A DNA stretch of 56,754 bases, taken from assembly GCF_963921235.1 (NCBI RefSeq), contig NC_086109.1, positions 26,164,001 to 26,220,754 on the forward strand. Direction: 5' to 3'. The notes beneath the pieces were generated by a model. That model did not search any database and was not told the DNA's origin. It saw nothing but the letters and a program-made list of their open reading frames with translations. Shown piece after piece: positions 1-11,354 of the stretch (its first letter is position 1; each line of letters starts with the position of its first letter). The DNA is from Mobula hypostoma (Eukaryota). Made by a program: the position numbers and the translations under genes.

Positions 1-109
1 AGTATTTATAGCAATTAGTTTTCTCTCCATATTTCTATCTACCACATTTTACTTTCAAATCCCAGGAATTTATAATGTCTTTAACATTGGCATGATCCAT
101 CTACAATTT

Positions 110-2010
110 TTTCATGTATTTATTCACATTTCTTCAAAGTACATATATGTCACCAGTTACAACCCTAAAATTTGCTTTCTTGCAGGCATACCCAATAAAT
201 CCAAGGAACATAACCAAATCATGAAAGACTGTATCAAACAGGATGGACAAACAACCAATGCACAAAAGACAAAATGTGCAAATACAAAACAAAAAAAGCG
301 ATAAACATCAAAAACACAAGATGAAGAGTCCTTGAAAGCGAGACCAGAGGTTGTGCAAACATTTCAATGACAGGGCAAGTGATGTTGAGTGAAGTTATCC
401 CTTCTAGTGGTGGTCCCGAGGCACCTGTACCTCCTTCCTAATGGCAGCAGTGAGAAGGGAGCATGGGCTGAGTGGTGGTGGGGGTGGGGGGTTCCTGGAC
501 AGATGCTGCTTTCCTGCGTTAGTAACTCTATGTGGATGTGCTCAGTGATGGGGAGGTTTTTACCTGTGATGGATTGACCCATATCTACTACTTTTTGTGG
601 GTTTTTCCATTCAAGGAATTGGTGTTTCCATACTAGGCTGTGATGCAACCAGTCAATATACCCTCCACCACACTTCTACAGAAGTTTGCCAAAGTTTTAG
701 ATTTCTTGTCAAATCTTCGCAAACTTCTAACTGCTGTGCTTTCTTCATAATTGCAATTGTGTGGCCCAGGACAGATCCTTGAATATTATAATGCAAAGGA
801 ATTTTAAGTTGTGACCCTCTCCACATCTGATTCCCCCACTGAGGACCGGCTCATGGACCTCAGGTTTCCTCAAATCAATAACCAGCTCCCTGGTCTTGAT
901 GACAGAGTGAGAGGTTGTGTTGTATAGCACCAGTCAGCCAGATTTTCAATCTGCCTCCTGTATGCTAATTTGTCATCACCTTTGATTCACCAACAGTGGT
1001 TTCATCAGCAAGCTTAAATATGGCATTGGAGCTGTGCTTAGCCTCACAGCCATAAATATGACAGGAGTAGAGCAGGAGACTAAGCACACAGCTTTGTGGT
1101 GCCCCTCTGTTGATGGAGATTGTAGAATTGCTGCTAATCCAAACCGTCTGCAAGTGAGGGAATCAAGAAACCAATTGCACAAGGTACTAAGGCCAAGATA
1201 TTGGAGCTTATTGACTAGTCTGAAGGAATAATATTGAATGTCGAGCTGTACATGATAAAGAACATCCTGATATATGCACCTCTGCTGTCCAATGTTCCAG
1301 GTTGAATGAAGCGCCAATGAGATGGCATCTCCTGTGGACCTGTTGCCCTATTAGGCAATTTGGAGTAGATTCTCAGGCAGAAGTTGATGTCTCATTGCCA
1401 ATCTCTCAAAGCACTTCACAGTGGATGTAAATGTTACTGGATGATAGAGGCAGGTTATCACATTCTTCTTAGGCCGTGGTTATCATTGAAGCCTGCTTGA
1501 AGAAGGTGGGCTCCTCAAACTAGCAAAGTGAGAGGTTAACGTTATCAGTGAACACTCCAGCCAATTCATCAGCATGGATTTTAGTACTCGGTCAGGTACC
1601 CCATCTGGGTCGGTGCTTTCTGTGGGTTCACCCTCCTGAGGATGCTCTCAAGTCAGCCTCAGAGACTGAAATCACAGGGTCATCAGGGCTGGAGTTCATG
1701 AAACTTCCTCCATGTTTTGATGGTCAAAGCAAGCACAGAAGGTATTAAGGTAATCTGGAAGCGAAGCCCTGTCGTCACCCATGTCACTTGGTTTCACTTT
1801 GTAAGAGGTAATAGCCACAGCAGTCAAACAATCTTCATTAATTTAAGTTTAGTCTAGAATTGCCATTTCACCCATATGATAGCTTCCCAGAGATCATATC
1901 CAAACCTCTTGTACCTTACTTGGTGACCAGACCTGAATGACATTGATCTGGCCCTTAGCAGATTGCAGATCTCATGGTTCATCCAGAGCTTCTAGTTGGG
2001 GAAGACTGAT
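110..2010 (-). mobile_element. Degenerate Rex1/Babar-like LINE (RT C-terminal half and 3' end)
   Basis: Minus-strand fragments 'LVNKLQYLGLSTLCNWFLDSLT', 'GAPQSCVLSLLLY', 'FKLADE' and 'KTRELVIDLRK...KFLCII' are typical Rex-Babar RT motifs; frameshifted; same family as 11355-13390. Confidence 0.8.
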
Positions 2011-2276
2011 TTTGCTTCTTTAATTATAGGCTGCAGTAGTGTTAAGCTAACTGGATAACAATTCCCTTGATTTTCCCCAGTTCATTTGATGCTCTACCAA
2101 TTAGAGATGCAATAGCAAAGCAAAGTAGGTTAGAATGTTTCAAAACAGAACAGAGGTATACACAAATGGAAAGGCTGAGAGGGAATATTCTGGGGTAAAG
2201 GGTCATGGCATTTGAAGGAGATGGCAACAGTGGAGCATCTACATTTATTGCCAGAAATGAAACACAAATACATGGT

Positions 2277-2815
2277 TGGAAGCAGTTATCCTGCAAAAAG
2301 TAATGGATACGGCCCAGTCCATCACGTGTAAAGCCCCCCCTCCCCCACAAACCACCGAGCACATTTACATGAAACGTTGTTGCAGGAAAGCAGCATCCAT
2401 CATCCTGGATCACTATCATCCAGAACATGCTACTGCCATCAGGAAAAAGATACAAGAGCCCTAGGACTTGCACCTCCTGGTTCAGGAACAGTTACTACCA
2501 CTAAACCAGCAGGCATTTGAACCAAAGGGGATAACTTCACTTGCCTCATCATTGAAATGTTCCCACAACCAATGGACTTATTTAAGGACTCAACATCTCA
2601 TTCTCAATAATTATTGCATATTTATTATGATTTCTATATTTTGCATTTGCAGTTCATTGTCTTCTGCACTCTGGTTGAATGCCTTAGTTGGGCAGTCTTT
2701 CATTGATTCTGTTTATAGCTATTAATCTTTAGATTTGTTGAGTATGTCCACAAGAAAATTCATCTCAGGATTGTATATGGTAATATGTACTTTGATGATA
2801 TTTACTTTAAACTTC
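2277..2815 (+). mobile_element. Rex1/Babar-like LINE 3' fragment
   Basis: 'LQKVMDTAQSIT...RCCRKAASII.D..HP' plus 3' UTR ending 'catctcaggattgtatatggtaatatgtactttgatgatatttactttaaac'. Confidence 0.75.
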
Positions 2816-2935
2816 TGAGCTCAGTGAAGACAACAGTTGTGGAAGGATCAGAAAAGGCTGAGAATTTTCAAAAACAGTACGTACTCAACCAGAAATTATC
2901 ATGAGGCAGCATGCACAGAAATAATGGATGAACAT

Positions 2936-5900
2936 TAGACCAAAAAACAAAGGAGCAGAATTAGGCCATTCGGCCTATCGAGTCTGCTCCACCATTTCAC
3001 CATGGCTGATTTATTATCCCTCTCCATGCCAATGATGCCCTTACTAATCAAGAACCTATCAAGCTCTTAAAAATACTCAACATCACCTTCACACCCAGCT
3101 ATGGCAAAGAATTCAAGATTCACTACCTACCCTCTGGATAAAGAAATTCCTCCATCTCTAAAGGGATATCCCTCTACTGAAGCTGTGCCCTCTGGTCCTA
3201 GACTCCCCAACTATTTGAACATCCTTTCCACATGCACTCTATCTAGGCCTTTCAATATTCGATAGGTTTCAATGAGATCCCCATTCCCCCTTCAGTCATC
3301 TAAACTCCAGCGAGTACAGGTCCAGAACCATCAAACACTCATTATCCATTTCATTCCCAGAGTAATTCTTGTGAATCTCCTCTGGGCTTTCTAATGCCAG
3401 CACATGCTTTTTAGATAAGGTGTCCAAAACTCTCAATACAGCAAGTATGGTCTGACCAATAAAGCTTCATTACATCCTTGCTTTTATAGTCCTGTCCTCT
3501 CAAAATGAATGCTAACGTTGCATTTGCCTTCCTTACCATCTACTCAAACTGCATGTTGACCTTTAGGGAATGCTGCAAGATTCCAAGTCCCTTGGCATCT
3601 CTGGTTTTTGAATTTTCACTCCATTTAGAAAATAGTCCACTCTTTTATTCCTTCTACCAAGGTGCATGACCATACACTTCCCGACACAATATTCCATCTG
3701 CCACTTCTTTGCCCATTCTCCTAACCTGTTTAAGTCTTTCTGCAAGACTCCCCACTTTCTCTACACTACCTGCCCCTCAACCTATCTTTGTATTATCTGC
3801 AAACTTGGCAATCAATTTAATCACCAAAATTATTGACATATAACATAAGTATTCCCAAAAGAGACCCCTTTGGAAGACTGCTAGCCATCGGCAGCCAACC
3901 AGAAAAGGCCCCTTTATTCCCATTCTTTGCCTCCTGCTAGTCAGCCAATCTTCTATCCAAGCAAGTATCTTTATTATACCATGGGCTTTGATCTTACTTA
4001 GTACCATCTTCAGCACCTTGTCAAAGGTCTTCAGAAAATCCAAGCAAAACAACATCCACAAACTCTCCTTTATCTATCCTACCTGTTATTTCCTCAAAGA
4101 ATTCCAACATAGTCGTCAAGTAAAATTTCCCCTGAAGGAAACCATGCTGACTTTGGCCTATTTTATCATATGCATCCAAGTACCTCAAAACCTCATCCTT
4201 AACAATTGACTGCAGCATCTTCCCAACCACTGAAGTCAAACTAACATGCCTATAATTTCTTTTCTCTATCTCCATCCCTTTTTAAAGGGTGGAGAGCTAG
4301 AAAACTGGAAATGTCACTCCAGAACCTAGTGATTTTTGAAAGATCACTACTAATGCCTCCACAATCTCTTCAGCTACTTCTCTCAGAACTCTGGGGTGTA
4401 CTCCATCTGGTCCAGGTGACTGATCTACCTTTAGCTTCCCACACACCTTCTTAGTATTACCAACTACACTCACTTCTGCCCAACACTTTCTGGCATTACT
4501 GTTATGTCTTGCAGTGAAGACAGACAAAATACGTATTCAGCTCATCCACTATTTCTTTATCCCCCATTACTAACTTTGGTTTTTAAAAGCTTACCAATCC
4601 CCTTACTTCTCACTTATTTGCGATATTAACCATATAACCATATAACAATTACAGCACGGAAACAGGCCATCTCGGCCCTTCTAGTCCGTGCCGAACTCTT
4701 ACCCTATCGTATTCCCACCGACCTGCACTCAGCCCATAACCCTCCATTCCTTTCCTGTCCATATATCTATCCAATTTAACTTTAAATGACAACATAGAAC
4801 CTGCCTCAACCACTTCTGCTGGAAGCTCATTCCACACAGCTACCACTCTGAGTAAAGCAGTTCCCCCTCATATTATCCCTAAACTTTTGTCCTCTAATTC
4901 TCAACCCATGCTCTCTTGTTTGAATCTTCCCCACTCTCAATGGAAAAAGTCTAACCATGTCAACTCTATCAATCCCCCTCATAATTTTAAACACCTCTAT
5001 CAAGTCTCCCCTCAATCTTCTACGCTCCAAAGAATAAAGACCTAACTTGTTCAACCTTTCTCTGTAACTTAGGAGATGAAACCCAGGCAACATTTTAGTA
5101 AACCTCCTCTGTACTCTCTCAATTTTATTGACATCCATCCTATAATTCGGTGACCAGAAATGTACACAATACTCCAGATTTGGCCTTACCAATGCCTTAT
5201 ACAAATTCAACATTACATCCCAACTCCTATACTCAATGCTCTGATTAATAAAGGCCAGCAAACCAAAAGCTTTCTTCGCCACCCTATCCACATGAGATTC
5301 CATCTTCAGAGAACTATGCACCATTATTCCTAGATCCCTCTGTACTAAAGCATTCTTTAATGCCCTATCATTTACCATGTATGTCCTATTTTGATAAATC
5401 TCACTGCAAGTTTTGAAAACCTACCTCATCATCCACAACACCACCCATCTTAGTATCATCTGCATTCTTACTAATCCAATTTACCACCCCATCATCTAGA
5501 TCACTAATATATATTACAAACAACACTGGACCCAGTACAGATCCTTGAGGTACACCGCTACACACCGTCCTCCAATCTGACACACAGTTATCCACCACTA
5601 CTCTCTGGTGTTTCCCATTTTACTGCTGAACCCATTTTACTACTTCCATATTAATGCCTAATGATCCAACCTTCCTAACTAACCTCCTGTGTGGAACTTT
5701 GTCAAAGGCCTTACTGAAGTCCATATAGACAACATCCACCGTTTTACCCTCGTCAACTTAGTAACTTTATCAAAAAATTCAATAAGATTTGTCAAACATG
5801 ACTTTCCACGCATAATTCCAGGTTGACTGTTTCTAATCAGACCCTGTCTATCCAGATAATTACATATACCATCTCTAAGAATACTTTCCATCAGTTTACC

Positions 5901-7000
5901 CACTACTGACATCAAACTCACAGGCCGATAATTGCCAGGTTACTCTTAGAACCCTTTTTAAACAATGGAACCACATGAGCAATACTCCAATCCTCCGGCA
6001 CCATTCCCGTTTATAATGACATTTGAAATATTTCTGTCAGAGCCCGTTATTTCTACGCTAACTTCCCTCAAAGTCCTAGGGAATATCTTGTCCAGACCCG
6101 AAGACTTATCCACTTTTATATTCCTTAAAAGTGTCAGTACTTCCTCTTCTTTAATTGTCATACTTTCCATAACTACCCTACATTTTTCCTTTACCTTACA
6201 CAATTCAATATCCGTCTCCTTAGTGAATACCGAAGATATGCCCTCTTTTCCTTTTATGCTGTCTGAATTTCCTTGTCAGCCATTACTGCATTATCCTCCC
6301 TTTGGAATACTGCTACTTCTTTGGGATCATCTATCCTGCACCCTGCAAATTGCTCTCAGAAACTCCAGCTACTGCTGTTCTGCCATCATCCCTGCTAGTG
6401 CTCCCTTCCAATCAACTTTGCCCAGCTCCCCTCTCATCCCTCTGTTATTCCCTTTACACCACAGTAATAATAACACTTCTGACTTTAGCTTGCCCTCTCA
6501 AATTGCACAGTGAGTTCTATCAAATTATAATCAATGCGTCCTAAGGGTTCTGTTAAGCTCCCAAATCAAATCAGATCATTGCACAATACCCAATCCAGAA
6601 CTGCCTTTTCCCAAGTGGGCTCAACCACAAGCTGCCCAAAAATGTCATCTTGTAGGCATTCCATAAATTCCCTCTAATGGGGCACAGCACCAACCTGACT
6701 TCCCCAATCTACTTGAACATTAAAATCTCTCATGACAATCGTAACATTGCCCTTTTTACATGCTTCTCCATCTCCTATTGTAATTTGTAGCCCATCTCCT
6801 GGCTACTGTTCAGAGGTCCGTATATAACTCCCATCAGGGTCTTTTTACCCTTGCAGTTCCTATACTCTACCCACAGAATTCTACATCCTCTGATCCTGTC
6901 ATCTCTTTCTAAGGATTTGATTTCTTTTTTTTTTAAAACCAGCAGAGCCACCCCATTCCGTTTGCCTATTTGCCAACCCTTTTGCTACATAATACAAGGT
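2936..7000 (-). mobile_element. Degenerate CR1 LINE (host copy, split by a younger CR1 at 4627-6234)
   Basis: 'LQKDLNRLGEWAKKWQM', 'NYRHVSLTSVVGKML', 'SPGPDGVHPRVLRE'; 3' tail near 2940; sequence continues across the insertion. Confidence 0.85.
4627..6234 (-). mobile_element. 5'-truncated CR1 LINE nested in an older CR1
   Basis: RT motifs '[14 protein letters not shown]' and 'LYKALVRPNLEYCVHFWSP'; 3' tail (ccatataa)2; flanked by GATAT at 4622-4626 and 6235-6239 (candidate TSD). Confidence 0.85.
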
Positions 7001-8307
7001 TTCCCAAAGACCTCCTTATATAACCATCAGTAGCCACTTGCTTGCTACATTGAAAATGCTGCCTGGAATTACAGATGTGGATGAAAGGTGCAGTGTCAAA
7101 TTATATGGCAAAAGTGAAAAATAAGACATTATAGCCTGCTTTACTCAACACTGAATGATAGTAAATAAATTGAATATACAAAGGATGAGTATGTGACATT
7201 CTGCACCCAGATCATGGCCAAAAAAACAATTTAATGGTTGAGTGGAGTCCACGGTAAGTAGCCTCACTGTGCTTGGGGAAATTGGGTCTACTTTACTCTC
7301 CTGCAACTGAAGTGTACAATCTTCCCACCCACCATTCTGCTCCTTTTGAAACTCACTAGCCAGCAGACATATCACAAGAAAGGCAGTAGTACAAACATCA
7401 AATAACTACCACCAGCTTCATTGTTGAGCAGCCTCACCACTTCATCTATTAACAAAGCAAAAACTTTGCCGCATGTGCTGAGGCAGTCAAGATGGAAATA
7501 GCTTCATGAAGTAATTAGTACTGATAAGAATACACATCAATGTAACATTAACTTCACATTCAACTGGATATATAATTGTGGTCTTCCCAGTCAGATATTA
7601 GCTGAAAAATAATGGTCAAATATGCCAAAAGATTGATAACAAGATGGCTATCACTCATCATATGGTACAAGACCTTCAAGATATTTAATAACCAGTTTGA
7701 TAATGGAGATAAAATGGGTAATATGGAAAAGCTTGCAATGGATTAAGGAGCTTCCTTGAAGGATGATAGCAGACTTGAAGGAGAGATGCACATTATGTGG
7801 AACAAAGGAATATTAGCAATGCCAGTTAGCATGGGGGCTAGGAAGTTAAATCATGGGATCAAGGGAGCAGATGGAAGGTTTCATGGAAAGGTGAGCTCAA
7901 TTGGAATGAGGAAGATAAGAAACTTCAGAAAGATTGAGTGACGTAGAAAAACAGGTTATAAACGGAAATGTACATATTAAAAATAATTAAAATAGCCTCC
8001 ATTGTTTGAAATTTTTATGACATCATTGACATTATGATCTCATACCCGAGGAACAGGCTATTTTCTGTTACCATGCAACTGAAATTTACAATCAAAAACA
8101 AAATCTTCAAATACCAATCTGGCAGCATTAAATAACAGAATAGAACAGATTAATCCAATAAAACAGACACATGGGTCTGAGTCCACTGGTGTTTCAGGTT
8201 TTATTAAAGACTACGTATTGTGAGTCTGCACCATTAATGACCTGCATAATCTTATTCAACCTCTTAAACAAGTTGATCAGCTCAAGTTGTGGCCAAAAAA
8301 AAAACAA

Positions 8308-9140
8308 CAAACCACAGATGCAGGAAATCTGAAAGAGAAAATGTTTGGAAGCTGTCACCACTTGCCATGTTTTGGTAGCATCTGTGATAAGAACATTAAC
8401 AATGCAGGTCAAAGATCCTTCATCAAACATGAGGAAGTTTACTTTCCTACTTCTGAAGAAGGGTCTAGGACCTGAAATATTTCTCTTTTTACACTTCCAA
8501 CAATTTCTGCTTGACATTACAGCATTGTCATTTATTTTATTTTCAATTACCCGACCCTGGACATTGCCCAGTTTATTCCTCTCTATAGATGCTGCCAGAC
8601 CTGCTGAGTTCCTACACCATTTTTGTGTTTGTTGCGACTGCAGAATCTCAAGTTTAACTCATTTATCCCTTTTTGACACATCAAATATACAAAACTATAC
8701 AATCCAACAACAGAGGGGAAAACAAATCATAAACACAAGAGATTCTGCAGACGCTGGAAGAACTCAGCAAATCAGGCACCATCAACAGAGGGGAACAAAC
8801 AGTCAATGGTTCAGGCTGAGACCCTTCATCAGGGCTGGAAAGGAAGAGAGGCCAGCTCTCCATCACTTTAAATGACTTTCAGGGCACTGGAGCAGATTGC
8901 CTCATTTTCATCATGAGCATCCAGTCCCTGGGGAATAGAAATATATATGCACTGGTTATCCACAGTGAAGGTAAGACCATCCAATTCAGGGAAATGAAAA
9001 TTACTGAAGAGCATAGAGCATACACCCCTCCTCTCCAGTCTTGATGAAGGCCTCACTCAAAAACGTCAACAGTTTATTCCCCATCGACAGATGCTGCCTG
9101 ACCTGCTCAGTTCCTCCAGCATTTTGTGTGCATTGCTGGG
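8308..9140. mobile_element. Cluster of short Penelope 3'-terminus-derived repeats in alternating orientation
   Basis: Segments near 8308-8430, 8450-8480, 8570-8650, 8730-8845 and 9030-9135 match the terminus at 24370-24510 ('gatgctgcctgacctgctgagttcctccagcattttgtg'). Confidence 0.75.
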
Positions 9141-9722
9141 AGGGAAACAGGTTAGCCAGGGAAGAACTTTATTCCTTAAGATACCTACATTGGCCAGCAT
9201 TTTCCCCAACTGTACATTTCACACTACAAGAACCTTCTTGCTATTCAGAGGAAGGTTTAAAAGGTACACAATAAAAGCACTTAACGTCTTAGCAGCAGCT
9301 CCATTTACTGAAAAAATGTTCTAATAGAAGTGAATTAAACTTTAGAAGCAAAAGTTATACACCACCTTGCCACGATTGAAAATTTTGCATATCTTACTAC
9401 ACTTATATTAAGTATCCTCTTTCTTCATTAACTGGTTGCACCGCCCCCCCCCCCATCCCCGACAAGTTCGAACCCACCCCATTTTCTCCATCCGGCCACT
9501 ACACAAAACACGGGAGACCACGCCAGAAGCAGCAACAGAAACAGCCGACCATGCCTCCTCAGTCCAGCTGCAATGCGCTCAAATGCAGGGCGGGGGATGG
9601 AAGGGAAGAAGCCAAAAGGTCTCGGCCTTGCTTTCCCAAGCGCCGAGGCTGTTAGTGCGGCCTCGAGGGGGAGAAGAAGAACGCAGAGCCCTGGCCTGGT
9701 CTCCAATAAATCCACCACTCAC

Positions 9723-9783
9723 TTTTTTGGAATCTTCTCCTTCTTGATCCGGCTTCTCTTTTTGCGCGCTTGGAGAGCCAGAA
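9723..9783 (-). CDS. SRPK1: SR protein kinase coding exon 2 (VLALQARKKRSRIKKEKIPK)
   Basis: Pyrimidine tract+ctcag acceptor, gtgagt donor; 61 nt. Matches recalled human SRPK1 N-terminus (KVLALQARKKRTKAKKDKAQRK) in sequence and length. Paralog assignment (vs SRPK2/3) not certain. Confidence 0.85.
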
Positions 9784-9887
9784 CTGAGAAAACAAAAAAG
9801 AAAAGGAGAAGGTGGCGTTAGGGTAAATTAAGGAGGTCTATGTCAAGGGCGACGCCGGGCACCGGTGGAAGAGGAAAAACTGCTCAC

Positions 9888-9903
9888 CTTTTCGGGAGCT
9901 CAT
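9888..9903 (-). CDS. SRPK1: SR protein kinase coding exon 1 (MSSRK + 1 nt)
   Basis: aacATGAGCTCCCGAAAAG|gtgagc; 16 nt, phase 1 joins exon 2 as G+TT=Val; inside a CpG island. Confidence 0.85.
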
Positions 9904-10571
9904 GTTGAGCCCGGTCCTCTCAGGCTTGCCGCAGCACGCAGGCGCAAACGGACAACTTTTGCTGATGTCCACTAATAGCACACACCACGCGTCTACCGCC
10001 AGCTGACGGCCGGCAAGGCCGCACTGCGCAAGCGTAACGCCGTCACTTTTAGCCCCCCCCCCCCCACCTCCTATTTGCAGAAGGGGGCGGGTGCAGTGCA
10101 CATCTTTTACCTCACAGCACTGCGCAAGCGCAAAATCACAATCGCGCTCACAGAGTCCCACCCCTTTTGAGGGCCTCCCGCCGCCAGGGGAGCGCCCAAG
10201 CTGGAAAGTGAGCCCCTAATGACGTAATCTGCATTGATGACATGTCTTTTTTGAAAACATCTGTCATCATTCTCTTGCTTAAAAAGCTTTGAAGAGATCT
10301 GTAAAATTAACTTACAAAATTGCTTTAATATAGCTATCATCCTTTGGTTTCCCATCAGTTTTATCCAGAGGTACCAGAACCTGGTACCAGCATTAGGAAT
10401 GCTGTCTAACAGCACTTCACTCTACCAAAGGGTAAATAGTCACATAAGAATTATGTATGCTGCTGTTTGAATTGATGTTGCGTTCACAAGATAGCGCTCT
10501 TTCAAGCATTTAAACTGGGCCTCTTTCTCATCCAGGTGAGAAATGGTCCTGATGTACAAACATGATCCTTA

Positions 10572-10830
10572 TAAGTGCAGAGGAGATGTCGGGGTAAGTT
10601 TTTTACACAGAGAATGGTGAGTGCATGGAATGGGCTGTTGGCAGCGACGGTGGAGGTGGAAACGATAGGGTATTTTAAGAGACTCCTGGATAGGTAAATG
10701 GAGCTTAGAAAAACAGAGGGCTATGGGTAAAGCCTAGGTAGTTGTAAGATAGGGACATGTTACGCACAGCTTTGTGGGCCGAAGGGCCTGTATTGTGCTG
10801 TATGTTTTCTCTTTTTCTATGTTTCTATTA
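10572..10830 (+). mobile_element. CR1 3' end fragment
   Basis: Similar to 26810-27014; ends 'gaagggcctgtattgtgctgtatgttttct...ctatgtttctat'. Confidence 0.75.
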
Positions 10831-11354
10831 TTCTCCAATGACATTCAAAAATATAAACGCGATCCCTTGTGAAGCAATATTTTAATACATATTTTCAATA
10901 AGTAAATATGCATTTTCAGGCTATATTTTTAAATTGTTTCATTAGTTAATTGATGTATTACTATTGACATATTTATCAAGATAGGGTACAAAGTTTGTCT
11001 TGCATTCTGTTAATACAGGTCAAATCATTACTCAGTGCATTGAGTAAAACATGATAAAACAGTAATGGACAAAGAATGTTATTACATTTATTGTGTGAAC
11101 AGCAAAACAATTTCAACTTTTGATTTCATTATTAATGAAAAATTAATTGTTTGGCGATCTTAACCTGCACTGCAGCGATCTCTCTGGGTAGCAGTTTGTC
11201 TCTGAGGAAATTCCCAGGGAACCAGCAAGATGCTTAATGTGAGAACCTATGTCACAGGAATACAGCCCATTTCAATTTGCTAAAGTTCATTGCATAATGG
11301 AAAATGGTCAATCTGTGCCTTCCTGAAGTCCACAACCATCTCTTTTTGTCTTGT

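Larger units (their letters stand above)
9430..10230 (-). promoter_or_regulatory. CpG island / promoter of the SRPK gene
   Basis: CpG-rich in a CpG-depleted background; two NRF1-like GCACTGCGCAAGCG (10021, 10117), GC box GGGGCGGG (~10084), CRE/ATF-like TGACGTAA (~10220). Confidence 0.75.

Noticed and set aside
1-9722. SRPK exon 3 (EEEILGSDDDEQED-like)
   Set aside because: Searched by eye on the minus strand and not found; presumably beyond the left edge.
9428-9821. Several overlapping ORFs in the CpG island
   Set aside because: Stop-poor GC-rich intron or antisense sequence; the real coding parts are the two short spliced exons.
9904-10161. Open frame upstream of and in frame with the SRPK ATG (GTG start)
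   Set aside because: It runs through promoter motifs and has no homology; the known protein family starts at MSSRK or MERK.
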